Shown here piece by piece: positions 28,563-37,740 of a DNA stretch of 64,000 bases. The notes beneath the pieces are model-generated. The model made no database searches. It was not told the DNA's origin and worked only from the letters and a program-made list of their open reading frames with translations. Both the position numbers and the translations under genes were made by a program. How positions within the stretch are numbered: the stretch's first letter is position 1; each line of letters begins with the position of its first letter. The DNA is from an uncultured Gammaproteobacteria bacterium (GTDB lineage: Bacteria > Patescibacteriota > Patescibacteriia > SBBC01 > CAIJZX01): positions 376,326-440,325 of the forward strand of contig CAYNGY010000001.1 of the NCBI GenBank assembly GCA_964397195.1. The letters are read 5' to 3'.

Positions 28563-31061
28563 ATGAAACAGCGCCCCGGCCTTTTCCGATTTGTTCGATA
28601 TCGAATGATGGCCGATCGTCGAACAATCGTTTTATCGTATGCAACAGAGGCCGCTGGGCAGACGGTGACGTTCAGTGAGCGCATTGTCCTGCCCTCACCA
28701 ATACCACGCGCCGTTCCACCGCGCCTCCTGCGCATCATACTGGAGTCGGTCCATTTAGCCATCGGCGTCAGTTATTACAAAGCCAGCTGCCCAGGAAAAA
28801 TCGTCCATCCGTATCACTTGACGCAAGCCCAGGCCGCATATTGGACGGATTTGTACCATCATGGCCTCGGTGAGCTATGCTATCGAAATGCTATTAACAT
28901 CAGCGCGCTTGCTGCATTCCCGGTAACTACTACTCGATCCCCGCAACCAGTTGTTTGGCCGCGCGCCCGTCGGGCTCTCGTCGGTATTGGCGGCGGGAAA
29001 GATTCGATCGTGGTCGCCGAGGAATTACGCCGGATGGGGTGGGACTTTTCGACTTTCTCGGTGGGAAATGGGCGCCACACAATTATTGATGAGGTCATGA
29101 AGGTCGTCGGCCGGCCGCGTCTGCATCTGGTACGGCAACTGGATAAAAAAGTTTTAGAACCACCACCGAGTTGGATTACCGGACATGTCCCGGTCTCGGC
29201 TATTTTTGCCTGGCTCGGCGTTCTCTGCGCCGCCGTATACGATTACCAATACTTCTTGGTCGGAAATGAGGCCAGTAGCGATAGCGGGAATGTTCGATGG
29301 CGAGGGCATGAAATTAACCACCAATGGAGCAAATCAACCGCCTTTGAGGTTGCAACGCGGTCCTATCTCCGGTCGTGGGTGACGAGCGACGTTGACTACG
29401 CGTCACCGCTGCGGTCTTTTTCCGAACTTCGGGTGATACAACTTTTTACCGAGTATAAAAAGTATTGGCATGTTTTCAGTAGCTGCAACCGACAATACGT
29501 TCAACAGAAACGGTCGACCAGTACGAGATGGTGTGGTGCGTGCCCAAAGTGCGCCTTCGTTTTCCTGGGGCTAGCGGCGTTTCTGCCGTTGTCCAAGGCG
29601 GTACGTATTATCGGACGGAACATGTTGGATGCGGAGGAGATGATTCCGCTCTACCAAGAGCTCCTTGGGTTTACCGCGGTAAAACCATTTGAATGTGTCG
29701 GGACCTTTGAGGAAACGCGAGTGGCGTTTTCCCGTCTGGCCGCGGCGCACCCACGGCTAGCGGTTATCCGAGCCTTGGCTGGACGGGTCCGGCGTCAGCA
29801 CATAGACGAAAGAAGCACGTTGCGGGCGAAACCAGCGGCGAGTACGCCCCCGCCATTCATCTTACTCGGCATGCGAGAAATAGTGATTGTGGGGTATGCC
29901 GTCGAGGGGCGAGCGACGCACGCGTGGCTTCGCCGGAACTACCCATGGATCCATCTGGCCATCGTTGACCGTCGAGATGGGCCGAAATATCTGGCCCAGC
30001 TTGATCGTTATGATTTGGCCGTAAAAACCGCCGGCATGCGCGACATCATTCCGATTGGATATACGACCGCGACGAATCTCTTCTTTGGGCATGTCACTCA
30101 GCAGGTTGTGGGCGTTACTGGCACCAAAGGAAAAAGCACCACCGCTTCGCTGATTGCTCATATTCTGAAGACCGCCGGACAGCCAACGGCGTTGCTCGGG
30201 AATATCGGGTCCCCGATGTTGGCATGGCTGGACCGCTATCATCGCCCAAGAACCGTTGTCGTGCTGGAACTCTCGAGCTTCCAACTGGCGGAACTGCGCA
30301 CCTCGCCACAGATTGCCGTGTGGCTCAATGTGTTTCCTGAGCACCTCGATGTGCATGGTAGTCTCCAAGCCTATATCGAAGCCAAGCGGCATATTTGTGC
30401 CTTTCAACGGCCACAGGATACGTTTGTCTACAACCCTCGCGATCGTCATGTGCGTGGTGCCCGGTCTCGTACCAATGGCCAGGCTATCCCATTTCCACAC
30501 ACATCGCCCGTGGCACTTGAGAAAACCCAATTACGGGGGGATCACTTTTTGGATGCGATCGGCGCCGCATCAACAGTTGGGCGGCTGCTCGGTGTCAACA
30601 AACAGGCGATCGAGCGCGCCCTGAGAACTTTTCAGCCGCTGCCACACCGGCTTCAAGTCATCGGGACCGTGGCTGGCGTTCAATACGTCGATGACGCCAT
30701 TTCAACAACACCACAGTCAACCATCGCGGCTTTGGCGGCTTTCCCGCAGACCGCCACGCTGTTTCTTGGGGGCACCGATCGCGGGTATGATTTTCGGGAA
30801 CTTGAGCGGGCCATTCACCGTTCGCGGGTGCAACAAGTGGTTCTCTTCCCCGACACCGGGAAGCGCATGCTCAAACAGACATCCGGATTACGCGTGCTAC
30901 ACACCCGTTCAATGCGGCAGGCCGTTGCATTTGCCGCCCGATACGCTCAGCCGGGGACAACCTGCCTCTTGTCGTGCGCTTCCCCGAGTTATTCACTCTG
31001 GAAGAACTTCGAGGTCAAGGGGGATGAGTTTCAACAATGCGTTAAGGCACTTTGTCCATGA
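28563..31061 (+). CDS. murD: Fusion protein: N-terminal PP-loop ATP-pyrophosphatase-like domain + UDP-N-acetylmuramoylalanine-glutamate ligase MurD
   Basis: The track ORF is 28527..31061 from a TTG start. The ATG at 28563 has a good SD (AGGT, 6 nt upstream). The N-terminal part of about 440 aa has VGIGGGKDS (SGGxDS-like PP-loop) and a CGACPKC motif. The C-terminal part starts at MREIVIVGYAVEGRA and has GVTGTKGKSTT. It is clear MurD, in the canonical dcw position between mraY and ftsW. There is no stop or frameshift between the two parts. Confidence 0.8.
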   Translation: MKQRPGLFRFVRYRMMADRRTIVLSYATEAAGQTVTFSERIVLPSPIPRAVPPRLLRIILESVHLAIGVSYYKASCPGKIVHPYHLTQAQAAYWTDLYHHGLGELCYRNAINISALAAFPVTTTRSPQPVVWPRARRALVGIGGGKDSIVVAEELRRMGWDFSTFSVGNGRHTIIDEVMKVVGRPRLHLVRQLDKKVLEPPPSWITGHVPVSAIFAWLGVLCAAVYDYQYFLVGNEASSDSGNVRWRGHEINHQWSKSTAFEVATRSYLRSWVTSDVDYASPLRSFSELRVIQLFTEYKKYWHVFSSCNRQYVQQKRSTSTRWCGACPKCAFVFLGLAAFLPLSKAVRIIGRNMLDAEEMIPLYQELLGFTAVKPFECVGTFEETRVAFSRLAAAHPRLAVIRALAGRVRRQHIDERSTLRAKPAASTPPPFILLGMREIVIVGYAVEGRATHAWLRRNYPWIHLAIVDRRDGPKYLAQLDRYDLAVKTAGMRDIIPIGYTTATNLFFGHVTQQVVGVTGTKGKSTTASLIAHILKTAGQPTALLGNIGSPMLAWLDRYHRPRTVVVLELSSFQLAELRTSPQIAVWLNVFPEHLDVHGSLQAYIEAKRHICAFQRPQDTFVYNPRDRHVRGARSRTNGQAIPFPHTSPVALEKTQLRGDHFLDAIGAASTVGRLLGVNKQAIERALRTFQPLPHRLQVIGTVAGVQYVDDAISTTPQSTIAALAAFPQTATLFLGGTDRGYDFRELERAIHRSRVQQVVLFPDTGKRMLKQTSGLRVLHTRSMRQAVAFAARYAQPGTTCLLSCASPSYSLWKNFEVKGDEFQQCVKALCP

Positions 31062-32161
31062 CCAGATCCCACCGCCAGCCGGACTACGCCCTCGCCGCCT
31101 TGATCGGCATCCTGATTCTTTTTGGGCTCGTCATGCTGGCCAGCGCCGGATCATTCATCGGCATTCAGCGATACGATGACGGCTACTACTTTGTAAAAAA
31201 GCAGGCCATCAGCTTGGTGGTCGGTCTGATTGTCGGTTTTGTGTTGTATCGAATCGACTACCAACGGTGGTGGAAATGGGCGGTACCGTTCTTCATTGCC
31301 TCGCTGGTCGGTTTGTTTATCGTCTTCCTGCCTGGCATCGGTTCTCTCTTCCTCGGTGCACGTCGTTGGATTCATATCGGCCCAGCGGTCTTCCAGCCGA
31401 GCGAAATCATGAAGTTATCACTCATCGTCTATCTCGCGGCCTGGTTTTCCCAGCGCGAGCGTCGGCTGAGTGATTTCCAGGAAGGCCTGATCCCGTTCTT
31501 GGTCACGCTCGGCAGTGTGGCTGGATTAATCATTCTCCAGCCCGACCTCGGGACGACGATGGTTATCGTCCTGGTCGGCACGGTCATGTTCTTCGTGGCC
31601 GGTGGCGCCACTCGTCATTTGGCCTCCATGGTGGTGATTGGCGTTGCCCTGCTGGCAATCATTATCGTCGTCGCGCCATATCGTGCCGACCGTTTTACGG
31701 TCTTCTTAAATCCAAACCTTGATCCGCAAGGAATCGGGTACCATATCAAGCAGTCCGCGCTCGCCATTGGCTCGGGTGGGATGTTTGGGCTCGGACTTGG
31801 TCATTCTCGGCAAAAATACAACTACTTACCAGAGCCGGCCGGGGATTCAATTTTTGCAATCATGGCTGAGGAGCTCGGCTTTATTATGGTCATCTTTTTC
31901 GTCCTCACTTGGTTGGTGGTTATTTTCCGCGGTATAGCCATTGCTCGCGGTGCCCCGGATACGTTCGGGAAATTACTGGCGACTGGGATTACCGCCTGGT
32001 TAGGGCTGCAGGCTTTTGTGAATATGGCCGCGTTGTCGGGGATAGCGCCGTTAACCGGAATCCCGTTGCCGTTCATGAGTCATGGCGGGTCGTCGCTGAT
32101 CATGAACGTCGCCGCGGTTGGTATTCTCCTCAATATTTCTACCCAATCAAAACGCGCATGA
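31052..32161 (+). CDS. ftsW: Peptidoglycan glycosyltransferase / lipid II flippase FtsW (SEDS family)
   Basis: It is a 10-TM SEDS protein in the dcw context. Confidence 0.85.
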   Translation: MSMTRSHRQPDYALAALIGILILFGLVMLASAGSFIGIQRYDDGYYFVKKQAISLVVGLIVGFVLYRIDYQRWWKWAVPFFIASLVGLFIVFLPGIGSLFLGARRWIHIGPAVFQPSEIMKLSLIVYLAAWFSQRERRLSDFQEGLIPFLVTLGSVAGLIILQPDLGTTMVIVLVGTVMFFVAGGATRHLASMVVIGVALLAIIIVVAPYRADRFTVFLNPNLDPQGIGYHIKQSALAIGSGGMFGLGLGHSRQKYNYLPEPAGDSIFAIMAEELGFIMVIFFVLTWLVVIFRGIAIARGAPDTFGKLLATGITAWLGLQAFVNMAALSGIAPLTGIPLPFMSHGGSSLIMNVAAVGILLNISTQSKRA

Positions 32162-33222
32162 ACCAGACCATTCTCTTCGCTGGCGGCGGGACCCTCGGCC
32201 CCGTCACCCCACTCCTCGCCATCAGTAGTGTGCTTCGTTCACGTCGCCCCGATTGGGAACAGATCTGGGTGGGGACACCGGACGGTCCGGAAATCCCGCT
32301 CGTTCGTCCGCGGATGACGTACCTGAGTGTTCCGGTGGTAAAATTACGGCGCTACGCGTCGCTGGAAACACTGCGCGATCTCGGAAAATTTCCCGGCGTA
32401 TTGAAACAAGCTCGGGACATCGTTCAGCGGACGAAACCATCAATTGTGGTTGGGGCGGGGGGATTTGTCAGTGTGCCGATGGGTTGGGCGGCGAAGTGGC
32501 ATCATGCCAAGCTATTGATTCATCAGCAAGACGTCGAACCCGGACTGGCGAATCGTTTGCTCGCACCGTGGGCCGACCAGATTACGACCGTCTTTGGTGC
32601 CCATCGTACATTTCCGCCAAAGAAATGTACCCAAACCGGTAATCCCGTCCGTCAGGAATTCTTGCAGGCCGATGCCGCTCGTGGGCGCAGTCAGTTTGCC
32701 ATCCCGGCTGATCGACCGATGGTGCTCGTGATTGGCGGCGGAACAGGCGCCCAAGCTCTCAATACACTCGTTGAAGCTTCGCGTCCTCGTCTCCAATCAA
32801 CGATGACCATCGTCCACCTGACCGGCGCGCATCGCGGCCATGCCGAGTGTACGGAGGACGGGTATATTCGGCGGGCATTTCTTGACGCTGAGCTTCCCCA
32901 TGTTATGGCGGCGGCGGATCTCGTTGTCACCCGCGCCGGGATGGGGACGCTGACTGAGTTGAGCGCCTTAGCCAAACCGACGATCATTATTCCGATGCCA
33001 AAAACACATCAAGAGTACAACGCCGCCGCGCTCGAGGCGTCGCGGGCCGCGGTCGTACTCTCCCAGACCGAATTAACGCCGGAAATATTTACCGAGTCTG
33101 TTCAAACCCTGATGGCAAATGCTCCCCGCCGACACGAGCTATCTGGGGCCATGGCCGCTTGGAACAAGCCCGACGCGGCCGGAACGATTGCCGGGATGAT
33201 TGAACGATTACTCCTCTCATGA
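32158..33222 (+). CDS. murG: UDP-N-acetylglucosamine--N-acetylmuramyl-(pentapeptide) pyrophosphoryl-undecaprenol N-acetylglucosamine transferase
   Basis: The start is trimmed to MNQTILFAGGGTLGPVTPLLAI. It has an ATGA overlap with ftsW. Confidence 0.9.
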   Translation: MNQTILFAGGGTLGPVTPLLAISSVLRSRRPDWEQIWVGTPDGPEIPLVRPRMTYLSVPVVKLRRYASLETLRDLGKFPGVLKQARDIVQRTKPSIVVGAGGFVSVPMGWAAKWHHAKLLIHQQDVEPGLANRLLAPWADQITTVFGAHRTFPPKKCTQTGNPVRQEFLQADAARGRSQFAIPADRPMVLVIGGGTGAQALNTLVEASRPRLQSTMTIVHLTGAHRGHAECTEDGYIRRAFLDAELPHVMAAADLVVTRAGMGTLTELSALAKPTIIIPMPKTHQEYNAAALEASRAAVVLSQTELTPEIFTESVQTLMANAPRRHELSGAMAAWNKPDAAGTIAGMIERLLLS

Positions 33223-34589
33223 CTAAAAAACATCTCTACGCGATTGGTATCGCCGGTGTCGGTGTTTCGGCCGTTGCCCGATGGTACCTCCAGAAAGGGT
33301 GGCGGGTGAGCGGCTCAGATCCGCGGCCGTCGCCGCTGGTTGATGACCTGCGTAGTCTCGGTGCTGATATCGTGCAAATTCCAATGGCGTCGCGGCTGGC
33401 TGATGTGGATCTCGTCGTCTACACGGACGACGTTCCGGTCGATCAAGTCGAACGGCAGGAGGCAACTCGTCGTGGTATTCCTGCGGCCAGTTTCGCCGAG
33501 GCGCTTGGGACCATCATGCAGGATCGTCCGGAACGACTGACCGTGGCCGGTACGAATGGAAAGAGCACCACCTCAGCATTACTCGGAATTATTGTGGCCT
33601 CGGTCGACCGCGATCCGACAGTCTTCGTCGGTAGCCGCGTGAAAGAGTTTTCCGGGAACATGCGCATCGGTCAGGGCCCACACTTTATCGCCGAGGCCGA
33701 CGAATACCGTGATCACTTTTTGAACTTTTCCCCGACAGCGGCGTTAATTACGAATGTCGAGCTGGATCATGTCGAATATTTTAAAACGGTTGAGCGTATG
33801 GAAGATAGCTACCGTCAGTTCTTGCAGAAACTTCCGCCACAGGCGCCGATCATCTACAATCAGGATGACCCCGGCGCAGTGCGTGTTTGTGCCGAATACT
33901 CGCAAGCCATCTCGTTCGGATTTAGCGATCAGGCGGACGCGCGTATTGTGGCGTACAGCTCAGCCGCCGAGCAGGAAACATTCCAAATCGCCTATGCCGG
34001 TGAAACGAGCCAGAAGTTTACTCTCCACGTTCCGGGTCGGTTTAACGTCTTGAATGCGGTTGGCGCGGTGATGATGGCGCACGCGCATGGTATCCCGATC
34101 AACGACTGCATCGCTGCCGTTGGCGCGTTTCGCGGAATTTGGCGTCGCTTCGAAGTCCTTAACCCCGGCGCGGGGACGCTCGTGATTAACGACTACGCGC
34201 ATCACCCCACCAGCGTTCGGGCCACGATTGGCGGAGCGCGTGTTTTTTACCCGCAGCGCCGGATCATCGCCGTTTTTCAGCCACATCACCGCCATCGCCT
34301 GCAAGCGCTCTTCCACGAATTTGCCACCGCCTTTGAAAGTGCTCATGAAATCATCATCACCGATGTCTATGCGGTACCGGGGCGCGAGGATGATGACCCG
34401 ACCTTACCAACGAGTCGCGACTTGGTGGCGGCGATGACTGCGTCGGGGTGGAATGTCCACTACGCACCGTCACTAACCGATGTCGCTAACACCATCGCTG
34501 CTATCGTTAAACCCGGTGATGCGATAGTACTGATGGGGGCCGGAGACATTTGGACCTTAGCGCAACCACTTATCGACGTCTATGGATAA
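33219..34589 (+). CDS. murC: UDP-N-acetylmuramate--L-alanine ligase
   Basis: It has GTNGKSTTSALL and the Mur ligase middle and C-terminal domains. Confidence 0.9.
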   Translation: MTKKHLYAIGIAGVGVSAVARWYLQKGWRVSGSDPRPSPLVDDLRSLGADIVQIPMASRLADVDLVVYTDDVPVDQVERQEATRRGIPAASFAEALGTIMQDRPERLTVAGTNGKSTTSALLGIIVASVDRDPTVFVGSRVKEFSGNMRIGQGPHFIAEADEYRDHFLNFSPTAALITNVELDHVEYFKTVERMEDSYRQFLQKLPPQAPIIYNQDDPGAVRVCAEYSQAISFGFSDQADARIVAYSSAAEQETFQIAYAGETSQKFTLHVPGRFNVLNAVGAVMMAHAHGIPINDCIAAVGAFRGIWRRFEVLNPGAGTLVINDYAHHPTSVRATIGGARVFYPQRRIIAVFQPHHRHRLQALFHEFATAFESAHEIIITDVYAVPGREDDDPTLPTSRDLVAAMTASGWNVHYAPSLTDVANTIAAIVKPGDAIVLMGAGDIWTLAQPLIDVYG

Positions 34590-35514
34590 CGATCCTTCGT
34601 GCATTGCCCGCGGCGTTCCGCTCGCGCCGCATACGACCATGAACGTCGGTGGTCCGGCCGCCTACTACGCGGCGGTCGTGGCCGATGACGAGCTCCGGGC
34701 GGTTTTAGCCTGGGCAAAAACGAACGGTCAACCGATGGTTGTTCTCGGCGGCGGAAGTAATGTCATCTTCCCAGACGCCGGATTTTCGGGGGTGGTGATT
34801 CATCCGGCCGATGAGCGGTTGGCGTGGCAGGACGAAACGCTGATTGCCGGTGCCGGAATCGACCTCGAGGTGCTCATCCAAGAAGCATTACGCCACGACC
34901 GCGGCGGGCTCTCGAGTCTGGCCGGTATTCCGGGCCACATCGGCGGCATGACAAGACGTAATGCCGGGAGCGAGCGTGGTTGGCTCGGAGAACATGTGCT
35001 CTGGGTCGAAACGATGAGTCGGGACGGGGAACTGCGTCGCTGGGATCATGACGCCTGTCGTTTTGCTGCCCACCGCAGCGTCTTCCAGTCCGGTGATGAA
35101 ATTATCATTCGTGTTGCCTTCAATCTGCCCGCAGTGACTGGTCGTGAAGAACGCGAACGGATCGAGGCTACGAAACAACTGCGCCTCGAGCATCAACCAA
35201 TCGGCGATCCGTCGGCCGGACGGATGTTCCAGAATGTGATACCGCCAGACCCGTGCCCGCCGAACCTACACTCGATGGTTGGGAAAACGAGTGGCACGAT
35301 TGCGGCCTGGAAACTAGTCGCCGCCGTCGAGCTTGGCGGCTATCAACTTGGGGGGATGAAAATTCACGATCAACACCCGAACTTTTTAGTCAATACTGGA
35401 TCGGGGACCGCGGACCAAGCCGTCCAGCTGATGAGTTTGGTGAAGATGCGCGTTCGTGATACGCTTGGGGTACAACTTCACGACGATATTCAACTGATCG
35501 GATTCAACGTATGA
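34582..35514 (+). CDS. murB: UDP-N-acetylenolpyruvoylglucosamine reductase
   Basis: It has the FAD-binding motif PLAPHTTMNVGGPAAY...VLGGGSNV. Confidence 0.85.
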   Translation: MDNDPSCIARGVPLAPHTTMNVGGPAAYYAAVVADDELRAVLAWAKTNGQPMVVLGGGSNVIFPDAGFSGVVIHPADERLAWQDETLIAGAGIDLEVLIQEALRHDRGGLSSLAGIPGHIGGMTRRNAGSERGWLGEHVLWVETMSRDGELRRWDHDACRFAAHRSVFQSGDEIIIRVAFNLPAVTGREERERIEATKQLRLEHQPIGDPSAGRMFQNVIPPDPCPPNLHSMVGKTSGTIAAWKLVAAVELGGYQLGGMKIHDQHPNFLVNTGSGTADQAVQLMSLVKMRVRDTLGVQLHDDIQLIGFNV

Positions 35515-35831
35515 ACATCACCATCTCCGCCAAAGATTTCGACCTGACGCCGTCAATTAAGACGTACGTCGAGGAAAAGATCGGGAAGCTGGCGAAATTC
35601 AGTACGCGCATTAAACGCATCGGCGTTGAACTTGATGTCGACCATTCGGCCAAAAGCGGGCTCCTTAATCGGATTGAAGTCTGGGTTTACCTGCCGGAAA
35701 AGACGCTTCAAGCCGGATTAAAAGCGGAGCAGATGCGTGAAGCAATTGATCTCGTCTATCCGAAGATGGAACGGCAAATCGTTTCGTACGAAGGAAAGCG
35801 ACGCGACAAAAAGCGCGGCGTACGCGTGTAG
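35511..35831 (+). CDS. hpf: Ribosome hibernation promoting factor (HPF/RaiA, short form)
   Basis: MNITISAKDFDLTPSIKTYVEEKIGKLAKF is the sigma54-modulation/RaiA fold signature. Confidence 0.85.
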   Translation: MNITISAKDFDLTPSIKTYVEEKIGKLAKFSTRIKRIGVELDVDHSAKSGLLNRIEVWVYLPEKTLQAGLKAEQMREAIDLVYPKMERQIVSYEGKRRDKKRGVRV

Positions 35832-35906
35832 TGACAACACGCCGGCTGATTTCAGAAGCAGGTACGCGACCAAGGTAACCTTTTAGTATACATAACGAAA
35901 CTGCCC

Positions 35907-35952
35907 CGGATCACGACTCGTAGTCCGGGGTCGCTGAAAAAGCCGTTTTTTT
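35907..35952 (+). terminator. Possible intrinsic terminator after hpf
   Basis: The hairpin is CCCCGGA-13 nt-TCCGGGG, followed by a downstream T-run (gccgttttttt). The geometry is imperfect. Confidence 0.35.
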
Positions 35953-36135
35953 GGCTAACCTACGCAAAAAAATTTTCATGATCCTGCTCGACGCCTGCTT
36001 CTCGATGCGGGCTTCGGCAAGCTTAGTTCTACCTCGAAGGGTATTCATCTCATTATTGCTCGACCCGGGTGGAGAACAGTGGCGTGCTGACAACGCCTTG
36101 ACGTCAGCCTGACCGTGACGTAGGTTCAAGCCATC

Positions 36136-36195
36136 ATTCCCAGGCAGGGGAATGCGTTCCGCTCCGGCGGCCGACGGTGAAACTCCTACGCCCCC
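36136..36195 (+). promoter_or_regulatory. Conserved 5' leader element, copy 1 (shared with 37063)
   Basis: The 32-nt sequence ATTCCCAGGCAGGGGAATGCGTTCCGCTCCGG is identical to copy 2. About 20 more nt are similar (GGCGAYGGTGAAACTCCT). It can form two mutually exclusive hairpins (ATTCCC/GGGAAT versus GGAA-TGCG-TTCC). A possible TTGACG-17-TAGGTT promoter lies just upstream. Confidence 0.55.
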
Positions 36196-36254
36196 GTGAG
36201 ACCGTTCGCACTTTGACGACCATACCTTGCTTCGGCCAGGGATTGGAGGACGCA

Positions 36255-36821
36255 ATGCCGTCCAGTATGAAGACGCAGATGGTGGGCCAGCTCGCTGACT
36301 TACTGCGCACGAAGGTGTTCGTTCGTTTCGACGAACACGCCGTTGCTGTGCAGGTTCCTGGTGTGTCCGCCGGACGGATGAACCGCATCACCGTCGTTCA
36401 TGCATCACAGACGCCTCGCCGCGGCCCCGCTTCCACGCACACCGTCCTGGCGATCGAAGTCACGTTTCCTCGGCCGTGGACAAAGAAGCTTGACGTGGCC
36501 AGCGCTCCCCTTATTCGATACGTCCCAGATCTTGGGAGTGAGGTGTATCAGGAGGAACTCCGGTCTATCGTCACCAAGCTCACCGACGAAAGTGGCCCCG
36601 AGATCATGTGGTACCCGGGGACGTGGGGTGGACTCCACGGTTGCTACGGACTCATTGACGGGCTCAACGCTCACCCGACGCTCGCCACCATATTCGATCT
36701 GGCTCGAGTCTGGGAGATGGTGTGGGCACGGACGCGCGGCATCCATCCGCTCGAGGCTGAAGCCGATACGCTACTCGCGCGGCTGAACGCCATGATCTCC
36801 TCATCGACACGAACCTCGTAG
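36255..36821 (+). CDS. Hypothetical cytoplasmic protein (188 aa), cassette 1
   Basis: GGAGG lies 5 nt before the ATG at 36255. The track ORF is a 36177 GTG-start extension. No recognised domain was found. A terminator follows. Confidence 0.6.
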   Translation: MPSSMKTQMVGQLADLLRTKVFVRFDEHAVAVQVPGVSAGRMNRITVVHASQTPRRGPASTHTVLAIEVTFPRPWTKKLDVASAPLIRYVPDLGSEVYQEELRSIVTKLTDESGPEIMWYPGTWGGLHGCYGLIDGLNAHPTLATIFDLARVWEMVWARTRGIHPLEAEADTLLARLNAMISSSTRTS

Positions 36822-36830
36822 TTCCCTGCA

Positions 36831-36859
36831 CCCGCCGCTGCCCCGGCGGGATTCTTTTT
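36831..36859 (+). terminator. Intrinsic terminator, cassette 1
   Basis: The stem-loop is CCCGCCG-ctgccc-CGGCGGG followed by attcttttt. It is near-identical to the terminator at 37712. Confidence 0.65.
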
Positions 36860-37062
36860 GTGTAAGTTGAAAGAAAATACCCAACGAGTATCCCTGAGGG
36901 AACCGAAGGGTCTCCAAATGACCATGTTTTCGGTTAAGGAGATCCTTCGCCCGGCTCAGGAATTCAGGTAATTGTAAACAGCCACTACCACTACACCACC
37001 CTGAACTTTACGAATGTTAGCTAACTTTACTTCCGGAAAAAAGTAGAGTAAGGTGCGCCTAG

Positions 37063-37122
37063 ATTCCCAGGCAGGGGAATGCGTTCCGCTCCGGAGGGCG
37101 ATGGTGAAACTCCTTACCCCGC
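37063..37122 (+). promoter_or_regulatory. Conserved 5' leader element, copy 2
   Basis: It has the same 32-nt core as 36136 and a similar extension. It is preceded by a possible TTTACT-17-TAAGGT promoter. Confidence 0.55.
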
Positions 37123-37183
37123 CGCGAGTTCGTACTTACCACATTCGTTCACTACCGCTGGTGCGGTCGGTGACGGAGGCAGT

Positions 37184-37699
37184 ATGGCTGATCAGTTGGA
37201 TGCTGAATGGATGGAGCGGGTGCTGCAGTCACAGTTGATCATCCGCGGCACCGAGTTCCAGAGTGGGCTCGTTCGGATCGTTGTGCTCGGCGCCCACGCG
37301 GTCGACGATGATCATCGGGTTCTGCTAACGGCCAGCCTTGATAGCAAGTGGCCCGACGAAGACGACAGCCGTCCCTTTTTCCCGACCTTCTCCTGCAGTG
37401 GAGAAATCCCGGTCACATATTTCCGTGGGCTCCTGGAACGGAAGTGTGCGGCCTGGAGCGCGTTGCACAACCCATGGCTGGCGCGCCAGCAGTCGTTCTT
37501 CGTTGCCGACGGAGGGCATGAATCCAACGGTGTGTTCATGCCGCACATCGGTCGGCTCGAGCTTGGGATGCAGTACAATGCGCGGTTCGCGACTGACCGA
37601 TCGACGGTGAAGGCGCTCGAGTGGATGATCCCACGCTTCAACGCATTCGCCTCGGCCAGTCGGCGTGAGCATCTGGATCGTCGTCCGGTCGAGTCGTAA
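37184..37699 (+). CDS. Hypothetical cytoplasmic protein (171 aa), cassette 2
   Basis: GGAGG lies 4 nt before the ATG at 37184 (MADQLDAEW...). The track ORF from 37079 begins inside the leader. It is at most distantly similar to the cassette 1 protein. Confidence 0.6.
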   Translation: MADQLDAEWMERVLQSQLIIRGTEFQSGLVRIVVLGAHAVDDDHRVLLTASLDSKWPDEDDSRPFFPTFSCSGEIPVTYFRGLLERKCAAWSALHNPWLARQQSFFVADGGHESNGVFMPHIGRLELGMQYNARFATDRSTVKALEWMIPRFNAFASASRREHLDRRPVES

Positions 37700-37711
37700 C
37701 GACCATCGTTC

Positions 37712-37740
37712 CCCGCCGCTGCCTCGGCGGGAACTTTTTA
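37712..37740 (+). terminator. Intrinsic terminator, cassette 2
   Basis: The stem-loop is CCCGCCG-ctgcct-CGGCGGG followed by aacttttt. Confidence 0.65.

Noticed and set aside
35832-36135. Possible raiA-motif ncRNA downstream of hpf/raiA
   Set aside because: That RNA is known from Firmicutes and Actinobacteria, and I cannot match its consensus by eye. The region is better explained by the hpf terminator plus the cassette-1 promoter. It is left for a cmscan check.
37063-37125. Resemblance of leader segment GGGCGATGGTGAAACTCCTTAC to the fluoride (crcB) riboswitch motifs GGCGAUGG ... CCUCUAC
   Set aside because: The fluoride aptamer needs an intervening helix and pseudoknot spacing that are absent here. 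Copy 1 has GGCCGACGG instead of GGCGATGG. The similarity is too weak to call.
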